Assembly: GCA_036172245.1 (NCBI GenBank)
Contig: JAYWIR010000003.1
Location: forward strand, 6,076,001 to 6,140,000
Reading direction: 5' to 3'
From: Raillietiella orientalis
Taxonomy: Eukaryota
DNA length: 64,000 nt
The notes beneath the pieces were generated by a model. It saw only the letters and a program-made list of their open reading frames with translations, was not told the DNA's origin and searched no databases. Within the stretch, counting starts at the first letter, position 1; the number at the start of each line of letters is the position of its first letter. Made by a program: the position numbers and the translations under genes. Below are positions 14,582 to 27,600 of this stretch, piece after piece.

Positions 14582-17500
14582 ACAATATTGGCTGCTTTAG
14601 AGAGCTATTCCTAATACAAGTCAAGAATACTGCCATAATGAATAGAAACATAAATCTGAAATGGACTTTCAGGTAATTTTTGGGGTCATTTCATCAATGT
14701 CTGAAACATGAAATGGATAGCTGTGTAGTCATACCAGCTCATGTAAATTATGGGAAAGAGTATTAAAATATCTTGAACATTGATATAAAATATAAACATT
14801 GATAATTGATTTGTGAGTCATTTCTTTCGTATATTTAGGCTGCTCAAGCAATATCAGCAGAATTTAATTGAAAAAAGGTGTATTACTGGTGATGGGTTAT
14901 GAGTATGGAATGTGCAAGAGTGAAAACATGTAATGACTTTTATAGTATGTAGATGAGTATACACACATGTTCACTTGTGATTGCTATGCAGAGTGACATG
15001 AAAGATGAAAGAAAGCATTTGTATGTTCTTCACAAGCCAAGATAGGGTCAAATTCTCATATCAATACTCGCAACTTTAAATTAATAAAAAGAGCTTCTTT
15101 CATAAAAATTGTTTTGACAAATAAGATTATTGAGAATAATTTTGCGGGCATAGATGCATTAGTGGGTATTTTGAAAATGTGAAATCCATGAGAAATCGCC
15201 TAACACTTATTCAGAACTTTCAGTATTTATTAAACAACCAGCACATTCTATTCAAATCAAGGATTCGTGTAAAAGAGTTCTTCATATTGGTACCGTTCAA
15301 AGAATGTTTCGTGATGACCATACTATATCAAAGACCCAGACAAAGTGTGATTTCACAAAATGCTTAAGATAATTCAGGTTTTCCATTCTTTATCAAACTT
15401 ATTTGGAGAATGCTTGTTTGTGCACCGTGGAAGCAGTAATTTGTTATTACACAATAATTTTAGTCGCTTCCTTGAATACGTTCGAGTAAAATCTGTAACT
15501 TCGGTTCATGGGCATCGAGCAACAAAAATGAGAGTTCCGGTAGTGATTATAAATCTAAAGTGAATGTTTATGGACTTGAATGGCTTGCACGGATATTCAG
15601 ACATTGACCGTAATAATTCTGTGCAAATTTCGCAACAACCTTGAAAAAATTCCCTCATGGCATTCTTTTGAATTTATAACGCTGGGCACTTATTGCCAGA
15701 AGTCGACCACAATATGTATTCGCGTGTGTGTTTGCATGTGGAGATTGCAAAGCATTTCAGGTGTATGTGAGAAATTTCCTTGAAAACATGCACACATGCC
15801 GACTGTGGTGCATCGTTTAGTATTTAGTGTGTAAGACTGGATTGAAATTCGGAAAAGCTCTCTTGCTGCTTCTGCCAATTTTGAGAAAAAGATGCGTTGG
15901 CTGAATTCTTGTAAATCGACAAACGCGACAGTAAAACAAAAAAGTTTTGCTGACTTTGCGAAGCACATTTCCAATTCTAATTTCAATGCAAAATTGCTCA
16001 TGAATTGGAACGTTTCACATGTGAGATTTTACGTTTACGACGATGGAGTTCATTTTGATCATATGCGTTCACAGGTGCAGTGTACAGTACTGTGCACTAC
16101 ATTAGAGAACACAAGGATGTTTAAGATAAGGTGAATTAGTAAACGAAGATGTAAAAGATTTGGCAGCAGCGGAAAAGTGAGTCTTTGGAATTGCAAGATC
16201 AACTGACCAGCATTCATTCATTTGACAATTTCTGGATTGCAAGTTTAAATGTGAAATACTTGGAGTGCTCTACTGGAATGCTATTGAAAACATCTACTAT
16301 ACATAGTGTTTTCAACAAAATGCACGGACTGAAATTTGGTGAAATGGTTTTTCTCAATGCCCCTAGTGTAATCATAACTTCCATAATCCATGTATGCTTA
16401 CGGAAACCAGATGGAAGCAACTCCATGCATTTCAGTAGTTCAGCGGATTCAATGGGGAAAAAAATTCCAAGCATACAGTTAATTCCCAACCATGTTAGGA
16501 ATTTATAAAATGTAAGAAATCTCACTTCGGCATATCATCACCGGAAGCTTTATCACCAGCCAAAGCAAGTAAATTACCACGTACTTAGTCAAAGGAGAAA
16601 AAAGTTCCGAGAAAAGAAGTCACCATTAATAGAAATCCTCCGTGTTTTTTTCATGCAATGTGAAAGTCCACCCTGTGTGACAAAGTACAAGAGAATGCGT
16701 TTCGTTTTTGGAATTTGATTTTATTCCCAGGATGCTGAATATTGCTGTTCTTTGAAAGAGTCGGCATACACCGCGCTGACTGCAAACCTTTCGGTGTTCC
16801 CAAACTTCAAAACGTCCTGCAGACTTGACTCATGACTTTCACTCATGAATTTTTGATCGATGCCACACAAGAAAATTTCAAGAATTCCACATTTCGAAAT
16901 CCATCATAATTCTTAATCTTTTAGTACTTTGCTTGATGAATTTTTAGTTGCCACGATTTTAGCGAACAGAGTAGAGGCCGGATATCTTGAGATTTTGATG
17001 CTGCGAAGCTTATGGATGAATCCATGATCTGTTTCAAGAATCCCGCGCCATTTTTTTTGGGTGTGTCCTTCACTGACAGAATCACAGGTGATGAAAATGT
17101 CGATGTCCCTTAATAACTGTTATCGTCTTTTTCTCTTTTTCATCTTTTTGGCTATCTTTGTAAGATGCCTAACTCGACGGTTGTTTCCACTCTCAAAGAA
17201 TTAGTACACGAAAAGAAAAAGTATTGTTTTTATATTTGATATTGAGTTGATTTTTTTACGTAATTAATAGTAGCAATTGCAAGCAAATGGATTCGCAATG
17301 TTTGGAAGATCTGTTTTCACTTTAGCAAGCCCTTTATATAGCTCAGAAAAGAAACGTAAGTAAAAACGTGTGGAAAATGTTGAAATCGAGAAATTTTGTG
17401 AAGCACTGCCATATTTAAGAAAATATAGTACAGAGAGACCATGCTTTTTTCATCAGAGAAACTTTCAAAAGAGTACTGACGTCCTGCAAAATTTCATCTT

Positions 17501-18397
17501 TTAAAGCAATAAGCATATTTTCTTGGAGCGTTTCATTAACTGATGAACACTTATGGAAACAAGAGATCATGTATGTACGAAAAAAATCACATCAAATGAG
17601 CTGTAGGAAGACCAACATTTCCATGCTTTTCTTATTTGACTGCAGTCAGATGAACGATCACACTCTTAGCAACCGACTTCCAAATGCATCACAATTGCCT
17701 TAAATTTCGTAGCTATTATAGCCTGGGGCGGTTGACGTGAACACTTTAATACAAACAATTTACGTATAGAAGCAGTAGTAAACATTTTGTGGAAACTCTA
17801 TTTGTTTAAAAAATCTTCGAGATGTGCTCACGCTTGCTAATCTCCGCATAAATCGAAAGCAATGAACAAATCCGAAACACGTTAATTAAAAACTTCATGT
17901 GACCACATGAACATGAAAAACTTGAGTTCCAACCAGCGAACTTAATGGATGAAAAAGAAAAAAAAGACACTGTTTTGGATTTTCTGTCATGTAACGGGCA
18001 TTTTGCTTTCAACTTATACTGATACGTACCAAAGGAAAAAACAATTTATGAAACATTTAATGAAAGCGAGAAAGAAAAAAGCCTTCTTTGGCGCACAATA
18101 AAGTTTCCTGTTTTTTTTTCTAACAGGGATGTGGTTCGTATTAAAGCTAAAAATTATTTAAGTCTTATAAGCAACATCCACTGTTTCCATTCATTAAAAT
18201 ACTCAGATAACTTGCCGTACTATAGTGCTGCAGGCTATAAATTCGAAACGCAAGGAGAATAGAAGTAGCAGATACAAAATGGAGCATCCACCAAAACAGG
18301 GCACCCTATTCTATAGAAGGATGTTTTCGTTTCATATATTGTTAGCCTTGCAAACTATTATTTATTTTAAAAGGAGGAAACTCACTAAAAAAAAGTC

Positions 18398-18438
18398 GTG
18401 AAAAATTCATGTGGTTGCTAGCCACATGAATTTTTCAC
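18398..18438. repeat. Perfect 17-bp inverted repeat (hairpin) with a 7-nt spacer
   Basis: gtgaaaaattcatgtgg (18398-18414), spacer ttgctag, then ccacatgaatttttcac (18422-18438), the exact reverse complement. Confidence 0.92.
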
Positions 18439-21400
18439 AAGCCAGTAAACAAGAACGCTACATACATATATTTTCCAGAAAGTACAATGCACGTATAAGT
18501 ATCAAAAAAAAAAAGCAGTATAAACAAGCAGAAACAGAATAAGCAGATCACAAGTAAACAGAACAGAAAACATAATCGAGTTTAAAAAGAGGAATATTTG
18601 CGAACTAGTTATTTAAACACCAAGGGTATCTAACTTTCATACATGAAAAAAAGAAAATTCAAATCAAGACTGGTTCCCTAAAAAAAATTAGAAAAACAGC
18701 TGATTGCAATCTGATGTGTTAATTCTTCGACTTATAGCTGCTCGCTACATTTATAATAATAAATAACAGATGCATTGAAGACACTAAACGTAAGAAAGCG
18801 AAACTTTAATCGGAAGTAATTTGAAAAAAAAAAAAATAAAAATTTGATCAAAGATGCATGAATACTTTCAGAATTCCGTCCAGAGTTGAAAAACACTTCA
18901 GCCCCGTATTACGCAAGCATACCAATTTACGACATTTTAAAGATTAGGTGAATTTTGAAATAACAAAGAGACATTTTTAAAATCATGAGAACTATCTCGT
19001 AGTCATTTCCAGAATATATAATTTGATTTATTGTAAGTGTTCTTTTCATTAAAGAATTTGGGTTTCGAAATTTGATCCAAGAAATGGAAACAACTGTAGT
19101 AAGTACGATGTAAGAAAAAAAAAAATTTGTTTAATCCTTTCATTTTTCTGTGAATCAGCTCAAAAGTTGTGCAGTCTTTCATTCATCTTGAAATCTATTT
19201 TGAAATCTCACTTTTGAAATCTCAATCTCAAATCTGTAGAGTAAAGAACCAAGTGTGATACTATAAGGCTTTGTACGAAACAAATCATAGGGCAAAAAAA
19301 TTTAATAGAGGAAGTTTTGATTCAAACTTTGAATGTTTGCCATTTGCATCATTTACTATTTAAAGGAAATTAGATTTTTGAGGAAGAAAAATAATTTTAG
19401 CTTAAAAGTACAAATAAGAGGATAAAACGAAGGTTGATTAAATACAGAAAATCAGTGAGCAATACCTTTGATCACTTGATGAGGCATTCATTCATTCATG
19501 TGATTCCTATTTTCCATCTGGATGTGTGCATTTCTTAAGGATCGTTTACTGAGAAATTTGCAGTGCTTGAATTAAATGCCCTATGCAATTCCTAGGTGCA
19601 TTTTAATAAAGTCAACGAAGGCAAACATATTATAAGCTTGATAAATATCGGATAGAAAGCAAATCAGTAGCCTGAATTGAGTTCAGCCTTACTCAGAACT
19701 TGCTATCGACACAATGACCAGCAGGTAGATCATCGAATTTTAAAAAGATTTAAAAAAATACATCACACTGTAAACATAAAAGAAAATTGCAACAAAAACA
19801 AAACTATCAGAGTTTATTAAAAATGGTAATGATGAATTCTGGTAAATGATGATTCTATATTTGTTCTTAAATTGTTTCGGTGGAAGATAAGTGAAATAAA
19901 CGGTAATGACTTGTATCATCCAAGTACTTCAGTGGAGTGTTCGTAATTCCCAATACTTAGTGATCAACGAGTTTGAACCTCCGTGATTTGTTCTGAAAAG
20001 TTTGAAACTCCATAAATCCATAAAAGATGATGCATTTTAAAAAATTCTAATTGTGCAGTTTTTTTGGTAGTTAAGTAGTTTTAATCTAAGAATTTAATTT
20101 CCTAAGAATCAATACAGAAGTTCTTAATTAATAGAACATAACTTTGGGAATATCTCAATTACAATTTGTTTATGTCAGTTGCAAAATTTAATTTTTAGAA
20201 CATCGGTTTCACATACATTATTGTACATCATGCACACTTGTATATTGATATTTTGCAGATGTGTTTAAACACATAAGTATATTTCTCAATCAAAAAACTA
20301 TATTTCACGTTCAAAATTCCACCACATGTATCTACTAACCTAAAATCTTTGGTATTCAAGGAAGTGGTGTTTTAAATTCATTCATCCTTGGTATTTTAAA
20401 TTTCCTATTTTAGCTTATCTTGGAAGTAACTGAAAAAAAGTATTTCAGAAACTTACATCTCAGAAATAAAAAAGGTGGAGTGAATGCTTTTTACTACTAC
20501 TTCTGAATGAATCTACAATTTCTGTTTTCCTCTATTTTAAACTGTCGAGGGAATATGAACACTAATGGACTTTGTTAGCTGATTGAATTAGAGAGATATA
20601 CACAACTCACATACATGAGGGAGCCGAATCTGATTCCGAATATTTTAACAAAACAATCCAAAGATTACCACAAAATGTCTGTGTACTGTAGGATGCTGTA
20701 AAAACAGCAATATCTAATAATCAGCTGAAAAAGATTGCTAAGAATTTTTCTAATTTATTCATTTTCTTAAATCACTTTTTTCGTTCAAAGAACCTTTTTT
20801 GAAAGCCAAGATTTCATCTATAAAATCAAAATACTATTCCAATTTTTCTCTCAAGTAAATACTTGTTATTACTAATCATAAGACTATTTCTAGTTGTGTA
20901 GAAGAAGCTGTTTGTAGAGTTTGTATTTTTAGGAAGTAAGGCGAATGCTTTAAGGCTAACAATACTTTGTTTGCTGGCATGTGTGCGATTTAGGTGTTCA
21001 TTGTCATTTCTAAAATGATAATACTGAATCTCATTTATGAAAGTTTGCATCTGGTAACATTTCCTGATTGTTATTTCTGACTGCAGTAACCTTAAAAAGT
21101 GTTTGTTCCTGATTTCCCATATTCGGCATAATTATCTGTAGTTTGTAATCTAGTATGGTCTTGAAAATGTTTTTCTTTTGGATTTATTTTAAGGCTAGCA
21201 GGTGATAATACGTGTTTATTACTTCATTTATGTTATAAGTGCGCATGCCGTAGTATTCACGAGGGTTTTTATTCTTGCATAATACTCATGGCCGTGAGAT
21301 TCTGGTTTGTATTTTTCAGTATAGTATTAAGCATCGGCATTTTCCGAGACCATTATTACATTGAATCGATTTGTGAGATTTAATTCAATTACATAGACTT

Positions 21401-21674
21401 TTTATTTTGGGAAATTAGGTTGCAAACAAAGAAATAGGATCTAGATCCAAAAACACACCTAATACTGTAAGGTAACCTGTTAGCATCTACGTATAATAAT
21501 TTCTTGAATAATTTTATACACATCAAGTTATTATAACTTTAATTCGAAATATCAATGAATATTGATTTTTTTCCAGAATATTAATCTTATGTAAAATTAT
21601 TAAATTTGTGATATGCAATTCAATCAATTGTACAAAGACTTTAGTATATGGGATAGTAAAGGGTAAAATTTGCA

Positions 21675-24600
21675 ATGACTGATGTGAAGGAAGATGATGA
21701 CAAAGTGTTACTTTCATCTGTGGAAAATGCAAACCTTCTCTCAGAATTTATCAAGTTCAGTAAAGAAGAAAAAGAATTCCATAGAGACACCACTAGTCTT
21801 ACCAATAAAATTCTCAGTGCAGAATTGTCTCATTCAAAGTTAAAGTCTCAAGTTGATTCATCAAATGATGATGATGTGAAAGAAATATACCTTCCTAATC
21901 CATCTCTTTTGTCAGATGAACAAGAACTGGGAAACATACACAACATTTCTCATTGTTTTAATCTAGAAGAAAATACCAAAACTTTCAATAAAAGTAATTT
22001 TACCTCAAATTTGCAGCATGACACAGGTCATGAAATTGGAAGTGAAGTCACTTCCAAAGATCTCAAAATTAAGGTAGAATATTTTGCTCAACTTCCTCAA
22101 GCATCTGGTGGAATTCAGAGTCATTATTCAGAAGGTTTGTTCATTAATTTTTTCGATGCTTGTTTTCTCTTAGTAAGTGCCCTGAATGTCTATGTTTTTC
22201 ATTTATGATCAGTTATTAGATCAGATTTGTTAGTTTGCCTGATGTTTTGAATTTGAATGTTTCTCAACATGAAAGAGTTTACATGCCTATTAATATGCTG
22301 AAATTCTTTTTCAGTTCCAGTTCATTCAAATAATTACAAGTTTTTAGTCTCTGTTAGTACCCCAAAGAATGTATTTTTGCTTATATTTTTAAGAGTAGTT
22401 ATTGCACCCATGTTTTTTAAAGATTGATTACTAGTTTGCATGGAGTATTTGAGTGAATATACCTGTTTAATAATTAAGGAATTAGGAAATTTCCAATCTG
22501 ATAAGTGTAAATACGCCAATAAATAAGTATTATATTACGAATTCAAGGAAGAATAGCAATCAGAAATAGAAAAAGTGTACATCAGAAAACAGTTTTATGT
22601 AAACTGAGTTAAAGTCGAACATTATGGAGTTCAGTAGGATTGCAGGAAACAATTATTATTTGAGTAGGATTGTTTATTTGATGAATGTGCACAAAGCATT
22701 TTATGTTCAAATTAGAACAGGTTTTTAAGGTACTAGTGAAGACAGAAATATTTAAAGGCGAATTCATAGATAAGATGTAATTAAACCATGTAAGGATTTA
22801 AATTAAATTACATTTTAACATACGTTCAGGATTTAAAATGAACAGTTTGCCAAGTGTGACTCATTGCAATAGTCTTTTGCGCAAAGTGTGCATGAAAGAT
22901 TTAGAGATTGATATTATTCATTGGACTGCTGCACAGTTGAGAAGAGGCTCTTCAGCTGTAATATGCATTTTATGTATTTATTGTAGATAAGCGAATGAAG
23001 GTCTGGAAAATACCAATCCATCAAGAATTTTTTTAAATTACTTTTGGTTCTGTAAATATTTTATTTGTGCAATGTAGTTAGGAAGTTAGGATTTGTATAA
23101 GTGCACTAAAGGAGTTCTAAAACCTACACACTGAGCTTGCTGTTGAGTAAACTTATATTAGAGATAAGATTTTTGAATGAATCAACATATTATTGGGAGA
23201 TGTGAAAATTCAATTATCTGAGTGCAATTGTCCATCAGGTTTTTCCTAACAATGATTTTATGTGGAACTTTGATGTCTTGTTATTCAGTTTTTTTTTTTG
23301 GATTAGACGATTTTTCCTTGAAAAATGAGTTATTCTGAGTTTGTTTCTTCAGTACTTGTAGTAGTATATTTTTAATGTATAGATACTTGATGTTTATTAT
23401 GTTTAACATAATTCGAGTGCTATTGTTCCAAACTAAACTGCAACATGATTACTGATTATTTTAGTTTTTTTATTATTTATGACTTACATGTGGGATTTTG
23501 GGATCCTCACTAATGTATTTAATTATGCAAAAATTACTTATTATGGATATGCTGCAGTTCGATTTACCATTACAATGTGGGTTTGTATGGTATCAGATTT
23601 GTGAAGGATTTTATCAAAAGTTTTGATCAAAAGTTAGGGTTTTCATTTTTTTGTATTCCCATACTAGAAGTTCTTTACTCATAATATATTACTGTGAATC
23701 CTAATGCACTTTGAAATCAGTGTTCATTTTTCAAGTTTAATGATAAGCAGAGTTCAAATCATGAAAACTATTGAACTTGAATTATGAATATCTTTAAGAC
23801 ATCGAAATGTTTGAAGGAAAGTTTCTGTAAAGAATTCATCTTTACGAGAAATCAAAGCAAATCAGCCGTTAGAAATCAATACTATTAATGTTTTATCTCA
23901 GAAAGCAAAAATGGTATATTGGTCCATAAAAACTCAAGTAAAATGGAATTTCATTTTCCAGCTTTATGAATTTTCAAAATTATGTTCAAATGACTGCGAT
24001 TTTCAAAATTCATGAAGTGTGAAACCTTGTAAGAAAGGTTCCAGGCTTAAATTTTGAAGATGCTATTCAATGTACTTATCAATGTACTTAGCTGTTGCAT
24101 GCCTCTTTTCCAATGTTTTCGATACCTTTAGGGTTTAGAACTTTTTTAATACTTTTTAATCACTTTTGATTCTACATTGAGAGGATGTCATAATTTTTTC
24201 AGTAAAAGATGAATTAAAACGAAGAAGTTGAGATTGACTTTAGAGTGATTAAATGGAAAGCTTTTTAATGCTTCATAGGTAGATCATTAATTCCTCAGTT
24301 TTGGGTGTACATCTCATCAAATTATATGGTTCTATGGATACATTTTGTTGTTTATTATTATTTCAATTGTGCATGGTGAATGGTGCTTGGAGTTAATAAC
24401 AGTAAAGGTACCAATTCTGAAGGAAATTTTAGCCTTCTGTTCCATCACTAAAGTCAGTTTAGTGCTACATTTTATGTTTTTGTATATTCTCAGAAATAAT
24501 TGGAAATAATGAAAAATGCTGTAACTATTAATTTCAATTGCTAGTTACAGCATTTCTTGGAATATTTGTCAGCATTCTTCGGAATATTAATTGAGCTTGT

Positions 24601-27600
24601 TGTTGGTGATGTAGTTTTAATATTTAGCATTAAATAGTACACAGATTTACAATAGTGCACATCTTAATTCAAAGACAGTACAGAAACTTGAAAGCATTTC
24701 ATTCTGAAACTTACGGGTTTGTATTTCTGGATTTTATTTATACATAATATCTAAAAGAAGGAAAAAAATACTGGAAATACAAAAAAGGAATAGGATCACG
24801 CACTTGTGTGAGATGCACAATTCAAAGATTACAATAATATTAGGTGTACTAGGGGTGCTTGAATAATTGCAAAAGGTGATAAGGAAGTCTCATTTGAACC
24901 AAGGATTTAAAATAGAAAACAAACTTTAGAAAGCAGATCATTTTGTGCTTTGTTCTGTTACCTATAAATTTTGTTTCACTTTCTATTTTTCACTTTCAAT
25001 TTATTAATACTCATTAATTTTCTGTCAGGTTTAAAATTTATTTTCATTATATTCATTTTGTTGAATCACAAACATTAAACTGTTATATTCTGCTAGTCAA
25101 AAAACAGCAAGAATAGCAATTCCTTATTTGCTATATTTTCATGTAGTTTTTGTTCAGGACTACAGAAAACGAAAAGTGGAAGTAAACATAATTTTGCATT
25201 CTTGAAAGCATAAATTCATTTCATTCTGTGTGTAGAATATTCCTTATTATTTTCATTCTAAAGTTCAAAATGCAAAGGTATAAATTGCTTTTGCTCCTAC
25301 AAAGTACGAGAAAGATATACTCCAAAAATGAACTTTTTTATTTCATTTTTAAGGTATAATATATTTTCATTTCACAGAATGTATATGTATACAATATATA
25401 TATATGTATTCCGAAAGTTCAAACTTTATTTGGTACTTTCTTTGTTGAAATGTGTGAACTGAAACAATTTTTGTTTTTGAAATTCCAGGAACTTAACCTG
25501 AAAAATTTTTTCCCATTATGTTGATGTAATTGATAGATCTCGTTTTTTATTTTTTTTAGATTCTCTAAGTTCGACCTCTTTACCAGTCTTAAATGAAGAC
25601 GTTTTATCTTCTACAGAACACCCACCAGTTGCTCCAAATGTAAAAGCAATAGAGAAAACGGAAGGGAGACAATCCATGCAACAACAAAAAGCTCTTCCAT
25701 CACATTCAGATTTGAAGCTCAAAATAAAAATTAAAAGACTAGGAAGGTTGGCAAAATTTATTTAATTTTCTCGTGATGACATTTTAATTTGAGTTATTTA
25801 TTTTTTTAATGCATTTTGATAATAACAGTCATCAATTTTTTTTTAATTTGAGCATGCTTTTGTTTAATTGTATGTTTTTTTTGTGGATAACAATTTATTT
25901 TTGTCAATAGTAGTCTGTCATCCCACCAAAAAAATTTGATATCTACTTATGAGAAATTAACGTGCTTGTCATTTATTTGCAGTACTCAGTATGGGCGATC
26001 AGTATCGAGTTTAAAAGTAAAAGCCAATAGATGTGCTTCATTAGATTTGTCAGACCTCAGCACATCTTTCAGTTTAACCAACAGTCATTCTGTGGGATGT
26101 TCAGCTTATGATAATAATACTTGTGATCCAGACTGTACTCATGTTCCACCCATTAACAAAAAACATGTTTCAGAGGATGTAACAACCTCATTACATGAGA
26201 AATGGTATGTGATTGTGATAAATAGTAAAAATTAAGTACTATTAAATTAATTCTCCAGATAAGTTTTATTTTTTCTGTAAAATGCAGTAAGGTGTAATAA
26301 ATACACTTTTGCATGCAACATTAACATTGAAAACAAAAATCTTAAGTGTTTACAAGAAACTAATTAAAAATATCATAAAGGGAAAATAAAATAGCCAGAT
26401 GTGCAAAAAGGCTTCCCAAGGTTTTATTCATAATAAGTACATATAAACAAGCTGTTAGAGAGTCACTAAAGAAGCGTGTTTTGTAATTATTATCGGTTCT
26501 CCTTCAACTTACAAAAACATTTGTGGTCAAAGATCGTTACGAAATTAGTTTAGCTGACTTTTATAACAAATGTAATTGGATCACTGATAGATAACTAATA
26601 ATAATTATTATCTGTATAACATAATATATAATTTTATAACATTTTCAATGGTGATGATTGAATTCAAAGGATTCTTTTATATTGAAGGCCTGGAAAACAG
26701 TGTGCTTTGTGCAACCTCAGTGAGAAGAGTTGTCTTGGCCAAGGAGAACTGTTTCGTTGTGATCCAACTTTTAATTTTGACCCTTTTGAAACGAGTGCTG
26801 TGAAGGAAAAAAAGGCATGCACAAACTCAGAGAAGGAAGTATATGTACAAAAAAATTATTCTGTAACCAATCTAAGGAGGCAGAAAGGAACCTTGAAATT
26901 CTGGTAAAATTACATTTGCACATCATCTAAAACAAAATTATTTGCTATCTATTTTAATCTAACAATTGCAAATTTTAAGGGATGTTCAACAAGCCAAATT
27001 ATTAAGAAGGGATTTGAGTACTGGTCCAGTGGATGAGTTGCATTTGGTAGGATTCAATGAAGAACCAGATTTATCTTATCTCTTTGAACCCACAGGTGGA
27101 AAGTCATTGTTTATTACCATGATTACTTTTTCCAATTTAAGGTCATTGCTATGCCCACTTCTGGTGTGCTGCTTGGTCAGACGGAGTTTCACAGTCTGAA
27201 GAAGAAACGTTCATTTGTGTAGACAAAGCTGTAGTTGCTGGTTCTACACAGAAGTGCAACTGTTGTAAAAAATTTGGAGCCACTGTGCACTGCAAATTTC
27301 AAAATTGCAATTCTGTTTATCATTATCCCTGTGCAGTCAGTGGAGGAGCTTTTCTGGATGTTAAGTCAATGTGTTTGCTGTGTGATATTCATATGGATGG
27401 GGCTATTGCATTTGGTAATATAGCATCTACTCGTAGCTGTTAGTATGTGTGCTAATATTATGTGTTCAGTGGGCAATGATGTAGTTTGTTCAGCCTGTCA
27501 TATGAGCAAGGATTTCCAAGGCTTATTGTTTTGCACTATCTGTGGACAACACTTTCATGGAAGGTGTTTAGAACCACCTCTTTTAGTCAATACAGGTAAG

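Noticed and set aside
15890..16710. Possible piggyBac transposase relic (DNFW..., FNKMHG..., Cys/His-like tail near 16655)
   Set aside because: The resemblance needs several assumed frameshifts, the motif order and spacing are unconvincing, and no TTAA-flanked TIRs were found.
19189..19236. Short tandem repeats (ttgaaatct x3; similar arrays at ~9117-9146 and ~31902-31945) as CRISPR-like arrays
   Set aside because: Only 2-4 degenerate units with no unique spacers, no cas genes and a eukaryotic context. These are ordinary slippage repeats.
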